NCBI GenBank assembly: GCA_048213135.1
Contig: PS015181.1
Span: 1 to 64,000 of the forward strand
Origin: Reclinomonas americana ATCC 50394
Lineage: Eukaryota
Length of the DNA: 64,000 bases
Reading direction: 5' to 3'
Shown: positions 40,880-53,129 of the stretch, one piece after another
How the letters are laid out: each line of letters starts with the position of its first letter
Position numbering within the stretch: the first letter of the stretch is position 1
Made by a program: the position numbers and the translations under genes
Notes under the pieces: model-generated
What the model saw: the letters and a program-made list of their open reading frames with translations, nothing else
Database searches by the model: none
Told to the model about the DNA's origin: nothing

Positions 40880-41670
40880 TAAACGGTGGAGGATGAAGGG
40901 TTACAACGTGTGGGTGGTGAGGGTGAGAAAGGATCTTGTTTGACAGGTCAATGGATGTGCAGAGATCGGTGCGAGGAGCTTGGTGACGGCAGGGACACTG
41001 CCGAGTGCTGCTCTTCGTTGCATATCTCTTCGGTGGATAGGATCGTACGTGGTGCAGGGCTTGCGATCGCTGCAACGACGTTGGTTGTGGCAGCTCTGTG
41101 TGTCGCTGCGCTCCCTGTCTTGCAGGCTGTCAGGAAGGCATCACAGGTGCATGGTTTGTGGAGATCACGATGGTAACTTGTCGCTTTACGTCTCGACAGG
41201 GAAAGCATCACACTTTGCATGCACATGTGCCAGGTGCGGTCTCGAGTTATCACTGCCGGTGTCGAGGGTTCCGTGCGCCATAGCTCGACGAGCTTCAACA
41301 GAAGTGGCGATCAGCACGCTGTAAGGGAGTTTCTGAGAGATCCCAGCGAGTGGACGTGTTGGCGAAGCTGTGGATCAGGCAGCAGTGCAACGTCTCTCGC
41401 CGCCGTTGCTGCAACTTTGCTTTTCAATTCTAGTCCAGCATGTCAGTGCTCGTCGTCACGCTGTTGCGTACGCGTTCGAGTCGACGCTTCTTCCTCGACG
41501 TCGCTGGTGGACGTCGACGTCAATCGCCTGCAGCTCCTCAGATCATGATGCAGCTCCTCAGATCATGATGCAGCTCCTTCACCACACACCACGCCCGACA
41601 CACCAACAAGCTGCCTCCCTCCCACCGTCTCCCACCTCCGTCCTGCACAGTTCAATTTTGCATACCCGCA

Positions 41671-44600
41671 ATGCGAGCGCAGGCCGCCCCCCTCCTGCTG
41701 CTGCTGCTGCTTGCAGTCGCCGCCATTTCCGGCCTTGCCAGCGCGAGCTCCAGCAACTCCGCTGACTTTGTCGGCTGCGGCGGCTTTGTGCGCGGCTCGG
41801 GCGCCTCCACCAAGACCGACTTGTCGCGAGTGCGTGTGCTCCTGCGAGTGCCCTCCTCGGCGTCGTCGGCCTCGAGCGAGCCCGTGGTGCGCGAGAGCAC
41901 AAGCTGTGCGCCCTCCGGTTACTACTTTATCCCCATCTACGACTACGGAACCTATGAGCTGGCCATTGCGGCGCCTGCAGGCTGGCATTTCGGTGAGCCA
42001 TGGACACACACACACTCCCTCTCTCTCCTGTGTGCTCATCCTCTCTCTCTCTTGCAGACCCGCCGAGCAAGCGCGTGACTGTGGACGCCTCTGGTGGCTC
42101 GTGCACTGGCGATGTCGACTTTGTGCTCACTGGGTACACGGTGACTGGCCGTGTGCGTGGTGCGTGCCTGGGTGGCGCCGACGACGAGTGTGATGGTGAC
42201 AAGGAGGGCCCTGCTGGAGTCACTGTGCGACTGGAGCTGGCCGGGGGTGACACGTTGCGTAAGTCATGCATGCATCCATGCACCCTTGTTGTCTCTCTTG
42301 CACACACGCACACACGCACTCTCTCTCTCTCTTGAGTGATGCGTTCCTCACTATCGTTGTGTGCACAGTAAGAAGGCGGTGACGGACGCCACTGGCGCGT
42401 ACTCGTTCTCGCGAGTGCCGTCGGGCGAGCACCGCATTGTGGTGGCCTCGCACTCGCAGTGGTCGTTCCAGCCGGAGGATGGTGTGTCTGTGACGGTGGA
42501 GGGTGACAACACGGTGGCTGGTGATCTGGCGGTGATCGGCTACGATGTGCGTGGTCAGGTCGGTGCTGGTGACAAGCCGCTGCAGGGTGTGAAGGTGCTG
42601 CTGTTCCGCGGGTCGAGCAAGAAGACCAAGATGCCCAAGTCGTTCCAGTGCCCCGAGGCTATCACGTCCACTGCCAAGGGTGCGTATGTGTGGGTGCCAT
42701 GCGATGGTGTGTGCTTGTCTCACTCGTCGTGCAGGCGTCGTGTGTGAGACCGTGTCGCAACGCGATGGTTCGTTCAAGTTCGCCAACTTGCCGGCGGGCA
42801 AGTACGTGCTGAAGGCCGACTATGAGGTGATGATGATGATGATGATGATGACGCTGACGCTGTGGGGTGCTGACAAGTGCAACAGGCGGAGCACGGACGC
42901 TTCCACATTCATCCGCAGTCGCTGCCGTTCACTCTGTCGCACAGCAGTCTGGTGCTGCCGCAGAACTTTGAAGTCACTGGCTTCTCGCTGCCCGGACACG
43001 TGAAGACTCGTTCGGTTCGTGGCATGTCTCTGTGTCCCCATTCCCTCTCTCTCTCTCCAACCTCTCACTCTTTCTCTCTTTCTCTCTTCCAGGGTCTCGG
43101 TGTGGCCGGTGCCGAGGTGTTCCTCAACAATGAGCTGGTGGCGACCACCGACGAGAACGGTGCGTACGTGGTGCCGAGCATCACCGCTGGCGTGTACCGA
43201 CTGTATGCCACCAAGAGTGGTGCGGAGTTTGCGACCCTGGAGAATGTGCAGGTGTGTGTCTCGTCTTTATTCCTTTCTCCCCTGGAAGAAGCTTGTGCCT
43301 CACCGTGTGCCTGGTGAAAGATCGCACCCTCCATGTCGTCGGCGCCCGACATTCTCGTCTCCAAGTTCGAGGCGTGCGGTCAAATTGTCGTGTCGCTCGA
43401 CAGCATGCGCACCTACGTGAACCGCAAGCCTGTTCTCTTCTCGGTAAATATGCAACCCGTGTGTTTCTGGGCAACTCTCCTTCTGACCTTCTTGGTTCGC
43501 GGAGCAGCGCAAGGGCATTGCTTCTGGTGAAAAGCCGATTCGCACGCTGGCCCGCGAGGATGGCGTCTTCTGTGTGATGCTGCCGGAGGACGAGTACGAG
43601 GTGTCTCCATTCATCTCGGACTCGGAGCGCCAGGCCGGATTCCAACTGGCGCCGTCGGTTCGCACGGCGGTGGTGAAGGACGGTCCGGCGTCGGGCATCA
43701 TCTTCAGCCAGGACCTGCACTCCATCCGCGGCACTGTCAAGTGCCTGCAGCGCGAGTGTGGTCCGCAGGTGACGGTGCAGGTGTCGTCAGCACCCAGCTT
43801 TTCCAAGGAGGTCTCACTCGACGAGCATGGTGTGTGTGTGCTTCCTGATATGCAGCATGTCTTTCTTTGGTTGTTCATCCGACTGTATTGTGTTCGCAGG
43901 CTCGTTTGAGGTGTCGGACCTGCTGGCCGGTACCTACGAAGTATCGGTGCTCAGCCGTTTCCTGTGCTGGGATCAGCAGAAGCAGTCGGTCACGGTGTGT
44001 GTGACTTGTCATACTTTTTCACCCAGTGACACGCACTCATTTGTTTGTGTCTTTCTCCAGCTCAAGGACTCGGACACCAAAGTCACGTTCAAGCAGCTCG
44101 GCTTCAGTCTGGAGATTGATGCCAGCCACGAGGCGTCGCTGGTGGTGACCTCGAACGCCGACTCGGAGCCGGTGATCGAGTCAAAGTTGAAGCGCGGCAA
44201 GAATGCGTTCTGCTTGAAGACCGCAGGTTTGTAGCTTTTTTTTCTGTTGCACGTCGCGCCTCACCTGACGACTCACCGTCACCGCCAGGCTCGTACGTGG
44301 TCACGCCGAGCGGCTGCGTGCAGTTCCAGGCCGAGAGCTTCACTCACGACACCAAGTTTCGTGCCGGCGTCGCCGTAGCTCTGGTCTTCCCACACACTGC
44401 ACTCCTCACCCTTCTTCCATTTGCAGGAAGCCGCGCACGATTGTGCTGGAGACTCGTGCATACCTGGTGCGCGGTGTGATTCAGGCCACGCACGATCCTG
44501 ATCTGCCTGCCAATGTGGTCATTGGCATCAAGTTGCGTCGAGCAATTTCGATCTCTGGTGTCATCGATGATCTCACATTCATGTCACTTGCGCAGGCCGT

Positions 44601-46845
44601 ACGATCAGAATGCCGCGCCTGGACTGCAGGGCAGCTCGCACCTCGGCAGTGCCGGCAGCTCCAAGGTCGGCAATGCCGCTGAGGAATGTTGCGTGTGATG
44701 CAGTGCTGTTGGGGTGTTCGACAACTGTGCACACTCACTCTGTGTTGCGTTACAGCCGTGTCAGCCAAGCTGGCGGAGCATTCGGGCAAGCGCCACGTGT
44801 ACGAATTCACGTACTGGGCGGCCCCTGGAGAGGTAGGGTCACAGAGGGAGCATGTGTGTTTCCTTTTGTTCTCATCTTTCGCGATTCTTCTTCAACAATC
44901 ATTCCCCTGTTCTCCATCTCCCTTATCCTTCATCCTCACTCAACATGTTCACGCAGCGCCTGGAACTCGTGCCCTCGTCGCCGGCCTTGCTGTTCTACCC
45001 GCGCCACCAGCGCGTGACGGTGCCGAAGGATCGCTGCTCGGACGAGCCGGTCTCATTCACCGCTCGCCCCGGTCTCTACCTGTCTGGTCGCGTGTCGCCG
45101 AGCATTGCCGGTGTGCGCGTGTCGATTGTCGAGGCCAGTGCCGGCCACAGTGTGGTCGCCGAGGTGCAGACCGACGACACCGGCTCGTACTCGGCCGGCC
45201 CTCTTTACGACGATCGCAAGTACGAAGTGGTGCGGTTGCTGCTCGCCATCTCCTCCACTCCCCGTACTTGCCTGCTAACTCTGTCGATCGACAGCGCGCC
45301 GACAAGCGTGGCTACCAACTGAAGCTGGTGGACGGCTCGCAGACTGACTTTTCCGCCAAGCAGCTGTCGCATGTGGTTGTGCGGGTGCGTGTCGAGTCCA
45401 CTATTCTTGTGATTCACTTGTCTGCTAACAACGTGCCGCAGATCCGCGACGAGGAAAACGACTCGGCTGTGGGCGGTGTGCTCATCTCGCTCAGTGGTGC
45501 CGAGCGCTACCGCAACAACTCGGTGGTGCCGGAGAATGGCGAACTCGATTTCGTCGGCCTCTTCCCTGGTCAGTACTTTATCAAGCCGATGCTGAAGGAG
45601 TTTACTTTCAAGCCGGAGACTGCGGTGCGTGTGTGAGATGCTTGGTGGCCTAATGGGGGAGTGATGACGCTGACCGTGGTTGCTGCAGACACTGGAGGTG
45701 GAGCAGGGTCGCCGAGTGGAGACCACGTTCCGTGCCAAGCGCGTGGCGTTCTCGGCCTTTGGCCAGGTGTTTTCGCTGAATGGCAAGCCCATGTCCCGCG
45801 TCAGCATCGAGGCTCTGAGTCGTGAGGTGCGCTCGTAGTACTACGTCAGAGATATTGTGAGTGTGAGTGCGCGTGCAACTCACACGCGACGTGGGTGACA
45901 CAGGGCGACTTGGAGGAGACCGTCACCGACTCCGAGGGCAAGTATCGCTTGCGTGGTCTCGTGCCCGGCAAGACCTACGACATTCGCGTGCGTGTGGTCG
46001 GCAATCCGCGCGCCCCCAAGGACGTGACGATTGTGCGCGCCAGCCCGCCAGTCACCACTGTCACCACGCAGTTGAGTCAGTTGTTTGGTCACGCGTTTTG
46101 TTTCACGCTTGCCGTCTCACACGACGCCCATGCGCACGCAGAAACAAGGATGTGGAGAGTGTCGATTTTGTGGCCTTCTTCCCGCCGACTCGCTTCGATG
46201 TGGTCGGCACGGTGGATGTGCCGTGGGATTTGATCTCGCACGTGAAGGTTTCGTGAGCTGCGCAACAGATCCTCTCGCCTGCACACTGGCTCACTTCAGT
46301 CTCTTGTAGGTCGAGCTGGTGCCGCTGCAGACCGACGAGGATGTGTCGAAGCGCAGCTTGCCGCTGCCGGTGACTCGCTTCTTTGAGTTCAGCCGCCTGC
46401 CCACCGGTCGTTACCGCGTGCAGCTGACCAACGACCTCAATCCGCGCCTGTTCGCCGTCGACGAGGTGGCGCCGGTGGAGGTCGACGTGAATGGCCAGTC
46501 GGCGAGTGTGCACTTCAAGGTGCGTTTCTTTCTCACGTTTCTCCCCCGCCGAATCCCGCGCGTTGCTTGCTGATTTCTGTTGTGCAGTTCTCGGCGACGC
46601 AAAAGGCGGAGCTGCAAGACGTGGAGCGCACGTCCGTGATTCCCATGATCCTCGGCCTGCTCGGTGTGGTCGCCTACATTTTCCGCGGCTATCTGAGCCA
46701 GCACGTGCCGATGCTGGCCAAGGTGGCCGGCAAGGTGCGCCAAACTGTGGTGCAGGTGCGAGACAGTGTGCGTGGCATGGCAACGGGCAATGGTGCCGCC
46801 AGCGCCGCCAGTGGTGCTTCGTCACCCAAGAAGCCCAGAAAGTGA
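41671..46845 (+). CDS. NOMO1: Nodal modulator (NOMO), ER membrane protein, many exons
   Basis: Signal peptide, DFVGCGGFV, CAPSGYYFIPIYDYG, repeated Ig-like domains, LFPGQYFIKPMLKEFTFKP, EETVTDSEGKYRLRGLVPG and a C-terminal TM segment. Confidence 0.94.
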
Positions 46846-46975
46846 TGTGTGTGTCGGTGCTGTCTCTGTTTTCTTATCCCCTCTCTCCTGTCTCCTTCTC
46901 CATCTCCTCCTTTACGACTTCCAAAGTAATGCAACTGTTAGACCACACCTATACGATGCACAGTCCCCTCGTCGT

Positions 46976-47674
46976 TCACTCCCTCGGTCCCGGTCTCTGT
47001 CTGAACAGCGGTCTGATGGCATGCACGACAAAGCTGCACGTGGCAGCGGCCATCACACACGCCACCGACAAGCGCTGCCACGGAGCATCCCAGTCCAGCA
47101 GCAGCGACAGTGCCGACACCCACGCACCCGCCAGAGGCGCCAGCAACCACACCCACAGCCACAACTGCTTCCGCCTCTGCTCCACGCACCAACGCAGTGC
47201 TTCCGACAATGACCGCGCCGCTGCATCCGGCAGCACAGGCATTAACGCAGCCACCACATGCACGCTCAGCACCACATCCAGCAGCAACACGTCGACCAGC
47301 TGATCTCTGGCAAGGACAACTTGCATGATGAGAATCGAAAAAGAAAACCTGTGGAGGGTGGAAAGAAGAAGACCTGTCAAGCAACGACTTGGAGATGCCA
47401 GCACCCAGCAGCACCAGCACAGGCACGAGGGCGACAATCGTCTGCACCAGCAAGCTCATTGTACGTCGCTAGCAGTAGCCAGTGAGCACCAAAAGAGAGG
47501 CACCGAGTGAGAGACGCGGCTCACCGTGCTGGAGGCCATGCACGCAGCAACAGCAATGATCGCCGCATGCAACGCGATCGCCGTCTCATGATGCACACTC
47601 TGCTGAGTCACCAGCGCCAAGTCGGCAAACGCGACAACAACAGGCACCCATAATCTGTGATCAGTGGAGGGCAT
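46976..47674 (-). CDS. PIGF: GPI-anchor biosynthesis protein PIG-F/Gpi11-like
   Basis: Hydrophobic protein with GAWVSALSLLLDWDAPWQ, matching the PIG-F motif GAW...LDWxxPWQ. Start inferred. Confidence 0.75.
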
Positions 47675-47722
47675 CGCGCTCTCTGGAAGACAAAGGACAC
47701 GACCACTGGGACACAATCAGAC

Positions 47723-48403
47723 ATGTTGCCTGTGTTGTTGAGCACCGCACGCATGTCGACTCGTCGACGTGAGTGGTTCTACAGTGTGAGCGGTCGCGAT
47801 GGGCGACTGTTTCACTTGTTTGACGGGAAGCGTGCGTTGACGTGAGAAAGAGTGTCTTTCACTCTCTCAACTCGTGCATTGTAGAGTCGTGGTTGCGTGA
47901 CACGAGGTTCCTCGAGTTCTTCTTCAAGCGCCTGCGAAGGAATGACACAGGTGAGCATCTCCTTCCTCTTGCATTCATTCCTCACTCATCTTTCGCTCAC
48001 AGGCCGATTCACCAACGAGTTCCCCTTTATCTCCCCGTGCGCTGGCGAGATCAACTATGTCTCGTGTGAGCGATCGCCGATTGTGTTCTCGGAGATTGTG
48101 CTTGCGGATGCAGCAGGTCCTCCGCAGTTGGTCTACGCTGGTGGAGCGCTGCGTGTGCCACTGCAGGCGCATGAGCTGCGAGTGTGCATGGATTCTGGAG
48201 CGATTGTGCATCCGCATGGGCATGCTGCGTTGCGCGATGTGCCTGGTATGCTGGCGTCGTCGCTGGTGGTGACCATGGATCTTGTGGAGTGTGAGTGTGC
48301 GGCAGTCGAGTGCTCGGGGCTGGCGTTGCGCAGTGCGCCGCCGTGGATGCGTGGAAGCGATGCGCTGCCACTGCTTCGATGGAGAGCGAGTGCGACGAGT
48401 TGA
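47723..48403 (+). CDS. C8orf82/UPF0598-like protein
   Basis: REWFYSV..., RDTRFLEFFFKRLRRNDTGRF...FPFISPCAGEINYVSCERSPIVF, LVYAGGALRVP. Confidence 0.8.
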
Positions 48404-48415
48404 AGGCGTTCATCA

Positions 48416-49869
48416 TTACAGTTTCGCCCGCAGCGGTTGGCCTGCGGGCGTCAGCAGCACGTCGGTGGCGGCTTGCTCGATCGTGCGCACACCGGAGAGC
48501 GCCATGGCCAGCTGCAGTTCGTCTTCGAGGATTTGCAGTGCGCGCTCCACACCGACTTGTCCGTGCACGGCCAGCGCCCACAGGAGCGGGCGACCGACGA
48601 GCACGGCACGGGCGCCCATGGCCAGTGCCTTTAGAATGTCGGTGCCGCGACGAATGCCGCCATCAATATACACCTCGCAGTCCTGGCCGCTGGTGGCGGT
48701 CACAATGGCCGGCAGGGCGTCCAGCGCACTAATGGCGCCGTCCAGCTGGCGGCCGCCGTGGTTGCTGACCACCACACCGCGGCAGCCGCAGTGCACGGCG
48801 AGTCGGGCGTCGGCGGGGTGCAACACGCCCTTGACCAGCACCGGCAACGTCGTCGACTCCACCAGCCACCGAATGTCGTCCCACGTGAGACTGGCGTCCA
48901 TCTGCGCGCCCATGAACTGCGACAGGGCGCTCACTCCCTCTGGCACGTTCGACGAGAGTGTCTGCGAGAGGAAGAATGAACCCACAGAGCAAGAGGGAAA
49001 CGCGATCGGGTGACAGACCAGGGGAAAGTTGGCGAGCTGCGCATGACAGGCAATGAGAAGGTGAGCAATCGGAGAGAGCACGGAGGATAGACAGAATGCA
49101 CACCGTGATATCCGGCGGTCTGCAAACACACACACAGTGAGCACCGCTGCTTTCCGAAGATACACAAGAAGAACAGCACACGCAACAGATGAAAGCCGTT
49201 GCGCAAGTCGGCCTCGCGCTTGCCGGTCTTCGGCGCATCGACCGTGACACACAACGCCGTGTAGCCGGCGACCTCGGCACGCCGCACAAGCGCCGCCGTC
49301 AGCGCCCGATCGCGCAGCACATACAACTGCAGCCACTTGACAGCACCAGGCGCCGCCTCCTGCACCTGCTCCACGCTCGACGTGGCAAACGAGCTCAACA
49401 CAAAGCCCGCACCACGCTTCTCCGCGGCCTTGGCCATCGCCAGCTCGCCTTCCGTGTGCGCTAGCCTCTGCATGGCCATTGGTGCAATCAGGATCGGTGA
49501 TGCGATTGACTGCGCGATGCACGAAGTGAGCAGGAGAAGAGCGATGAGTGAGTTGCAAGTGGTCTTGTCGCAACCTTGCCAAGAACAGTGGTCCGCATAT
49601 CGATCGTGGACACATCGCGCAGCATGCGAGGCACCACTGCGATGCGAGCAAACGCCGCACGATTGTCACGCAACGTGTGCAAGTCATCGGCGCCAGTGCT
49701 TTGTATAACACGTGAGCAGCGTGCAAGCGGAAGAATGCATGCAAGGTACGAGACGCAACGCGTAATAGTCAAAGACCATCTGAGGCAGCACTTGCCGTGC
49801 CCGCTCCTCGTACTCTTGCACGTTGATCACCTTGGAGGCGGCGAGGCGGTCGTCTCCTCTCGCTTGCAT
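48416..49869 (-). CDS. HAO: FMN-dependent (S)-2-hydroxy-acid (glycolate) oxidase, peroxisomal
   Basis: FDYYATGA, WLQLY, VTVDAP, LPVLVKG, VVSNHGGRQLD, DGGIRRGTDILKALAMGA; C-terminal AKL is a PTS1 signal. Confidence 0.96.
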
Positions 49870-50164
49870 GTTTCGAACGTCGACAGTGATCGCAGGACGA
49901 GCTCGTTGTGCATGCAGAGTAGCGTGCAAGTGATGAGTGGGGAGAGAAAAGAGATACCATTGCGTGTCGCCAGTGGAGAATGTTTGCAGCGTGCTGGGAA
50001 TGCGAAAGCAATCGGTATCCGACGTCGACATCGAGCTCCAACAGATCTTGCTGTCGTGCAGCTTGAGCCAGCACTGCATGTATCAACCCCTCTTCTCCCT
50101 CTTTCATGTAGTAGAGCAGCCGATAGACAAGCACAGTGGACGCAATGACGAGATCGAACACACC

Positions 50165-51259
50165 ATGCGTCCACAGGACATTCTCTTTCTCAGTGTCTGT
50201 GCCAGCTACGTAAGCATGTGTCAAGGCAGTCAAGGGCCTGGCTACATGCGTGCCATCTGCACTGCACTTGATCGATCAGATGGTTCGCCTTCTTCTTCTC
50301 TCTGTGTCATCTCTGTATCAGTGACTGATTGTGCGTCCACACAGGCATCTTCTTCATTGTGCGTGCGTGTGCTGAGTGTGTGTGTGTGTATGAGAGAGAG
50401 ACAGAGTCACTCACTGCGCGTATCATGTGTGCATTGCAGTTTGTCTTTGCTGTTACGCGTGACAGTCTCTCACTGTCTCACTCACGCTCACTCAGTCACT
50501 CACTGTCTGTGCGTCGCAGTTGTGGCTGGTGGCGCTGCTGACACTGCCGTTTTACTACACTGGTCGCTGCATATACCTCACATTCCGGAGGAGAAAGTAA
50601 GTGGATGTGTGCGAGTGAGAGATGGATTGCGAGATCACTCTCAACGTGTGACAACAACACAGACAACGCATTGAGCATGAGCGGAATGTGAAGCGTAGTG
50701 AGCGTGATCGGTATCATGAGGCCGAGGATCACCGTTGAGTATCCACCCTGTCTCTCTGTCTCCTCCACTCTGCGTCCACCCGTTCGTGACTGCGATGCAA
50801 TCAATGATCGCAGGGAGAGCAGCGGCCAAGGTTGACTCGCCAGTGGCGGGCGCACACGACGAGCTGCGGGATGTGCGACAAGCGCCACCCAACTCGGTGG
50901 TGTGGGTGCGTTGCTATGCTCATTCGTCGTCGTGTGTGTGTGCGGTCTTGTCTGACGTGTGGCGAAAGCAGGAGGGCAGTCCGGTGCGCAGTCCGGCGCA
51001 CCAGGAGATACACTTGCCTGTGGAACCCGTGCGCCTGCAGTCGTTTGTGTTGGTGGCACCGACCGAGTCGCTGGCCGAGCTGGCCAGGAAGCGCGGTGGA
51101 GTGGATGGCAACGTGGCTGCAGCCGCGGCAGCACCACCACAACAACAACAACGACCACCACCATCACTACCGCCGGCAGACGAGCAGGAGGTAGATGCGG
51201 TGCATATTGATGATGGGCACGGTGGTGACATAGAGAGCGGCGGCGCGGTGCCGCATTGA
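50165..51259 (+). CDS. Hypothetical small membrane protein
   Basis: Tentative splicing gives MRPQDILFLSIFFILWLVALLTLPFYYTGRCIYLTFRRRNERDRYHEAEDHRRAAAKVDSP... ending at 51259. The 5' structure is uncertain. Confidence 0.45.
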
Positions 51260-51555
51260 TGCGGTGGCAGTGTGTAAACGAATTTCAAGGTATCGTGTGA
51301 CTGCTCTCTCATGCTATGTATGGTACACTTTGTAGGATTAAATTACAGGTCTTGTTGTCGAGGGCAAGGTGCGTGTGGTGTGCAATCACACAAAATCTCG
51401 TCCCCACGAGGCGCCTGCCACGCACGAGGCGCTCTCGATGACGCCGAGATGATGTGGATGCGTTCGCGAGCGAGTCTCTCGTGAGCAGGCCTGCAGCAGG
51501 GGAAGCACACAGGTGACGAGCCGTTTGCAGGATGAGACACTGACCGCCTCTGGTG

Positions 51556-51890
51556 TGCTGCTGTGCCTGTGCTGTGCTGTGCTGTGCTCTGTTCTGCTCT
51601 GCTCTGCTCTTTTCTGCTCCGCTCTGCTCTGTTCTACTCTGCATTTCCCTTCTCTGCTATGCTGTGCTCTGCCTCGCTCTGCTTTGCTCTGCCTTGCTAT
51701 GCTCTGCTCTGCTCTGCTCTGATCCGCTCTGCCTTGCTCTGCTTTGCTTGCTCTTCTCTTCCCTGCCCTGCCTTGCTCTTCTCTTTTCTGTTCTGTTCTG
51801 CTCTGCTCTGCTTTTCTCTTCTCTGCTTTGCCCTGCCCTGCTCTCCCTTGCTCTTCCCTTCCCTTCCCTTCCTTTCTCTTCTCTTCTCTT
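51556..51890. repeat. Degenerate pentanucleotide repeat (CTCTG/CTGTG/CTCTT)
   Basis: 5-bp periodic tract, probably intronic in the adenylate kinase gene. Confidence 0.9.
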
Positions 51891-51899
51891 CACACTCAC

Positions 51900-52995
51900 C
51901 ACCATGCTGAAGCGCTGTGCCAGACGAGGGGGAAAAGGTGAGTGACTCTGACACAGATGACACGCACTCTCTGTGTTCCCCGGCCCCACATACACACCAC
52001 TTGGATGCGGCGAAGGAGACCGAGCGACTCGAAATGTTTGATGGCCGGCTTTGTTTGCTCGTGGTACAGTCGCAGTCGTGCACGGACAACCTCCTCGATA
52101 TCGTCGGGTCTCTGTGCGCGCACTAAAATAAGGTGTGTGCACGAGACTACGGCTCTCGGTGCCTTCACGAAACTCGCGCCATCCAATCGCCCTTCTCGTC
52201 TGCTCGCTTCCCACAATGGTCGCACTCATCGCTCTTGCTCGGCAGTCGCGGCGGCAGCGTCAGCCCAATGTCCACAATGCCGGTGACATTGTAGTTGGCG
52301 CCGCAGTGTCGACAGTGCCGTCGGCCGGTCAGCTTTTGCACGAGAATGCTCTCCGGCTGCCACAGACTCAACGCGAATGTGCTGCGTCGTCTCGTGCGGT
52401 GAGCCTATGTCGGATTTCTCCAACCCTTCCCTCGCCACAGACGCAACAGCTGATGCTGAGGTCGCTGGTGGAGAAAGTCGGTGAGGAACGTGGCCTGTCG
52501 CAGACTCCTGCCAAAGCCGTCGAGCACTGCCTCCCCACGCGAGACGTATTGGTGATCTCATCTCACGTTCGACACAGCGCGCAGAACGCACCGAAACCAC
52601 CGCGCGTGCCCAGCGCCTGCTCCAATCGCTCGCCGACCATGTCACAGATGATGCTGTCGGGGCACAGCGCACCGGCCGCCGCATGCCGCTCCAACGCCTG
52701 CCCCAACTGCGAGGCGACACCAACAGTGAGCAACACAACACTGACCAGTCAGGTTTTCTTTTTTCCGACAACCTCTGTCGTACCTTGGTCCGCGCGGCAA
52801 TCTCCTCGCGCACGACTTCGCCAACCGACAGCCGTGGCACCTGATAGTAGCGCTCAAGTCGCTGACTGTAGCTCCCCTTGCCAACGCCTGTTCACGAAAG
52901 ATCAGTAATCACTATCATCGCTCGGAAATTGCCCTTGTCGCCAGCTGCTGCACACCTGGTGGTCCGAGCACCAGAACGCGCGGTAATCGACGCAT
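51900..52995 (-). CDS. AK: Adenylate kinase, long-LID type (3' end uncertain)
   Basis: VLVLGPPG...GKGS, LSVGEVVREEI, GGFVLDGFGRS, TGRRHCRHCGANYN...CDHCG, RPDDIEEVVRARLRLYHEQTKP. Confidence 0.88.
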
Positions 52996-53129
52996 CTCGA
53001 CTGTCGGACTGCTGTTGTTGCTGTTGGACCGACACAAAAGCATGAAAACGCGTCTGCTCATGTCAAAAAACAATGAAAAGACGAAGCAAAAGGGATCGTC
53101 GAGTCGACCAACTCAAACGCTTGCATTAC

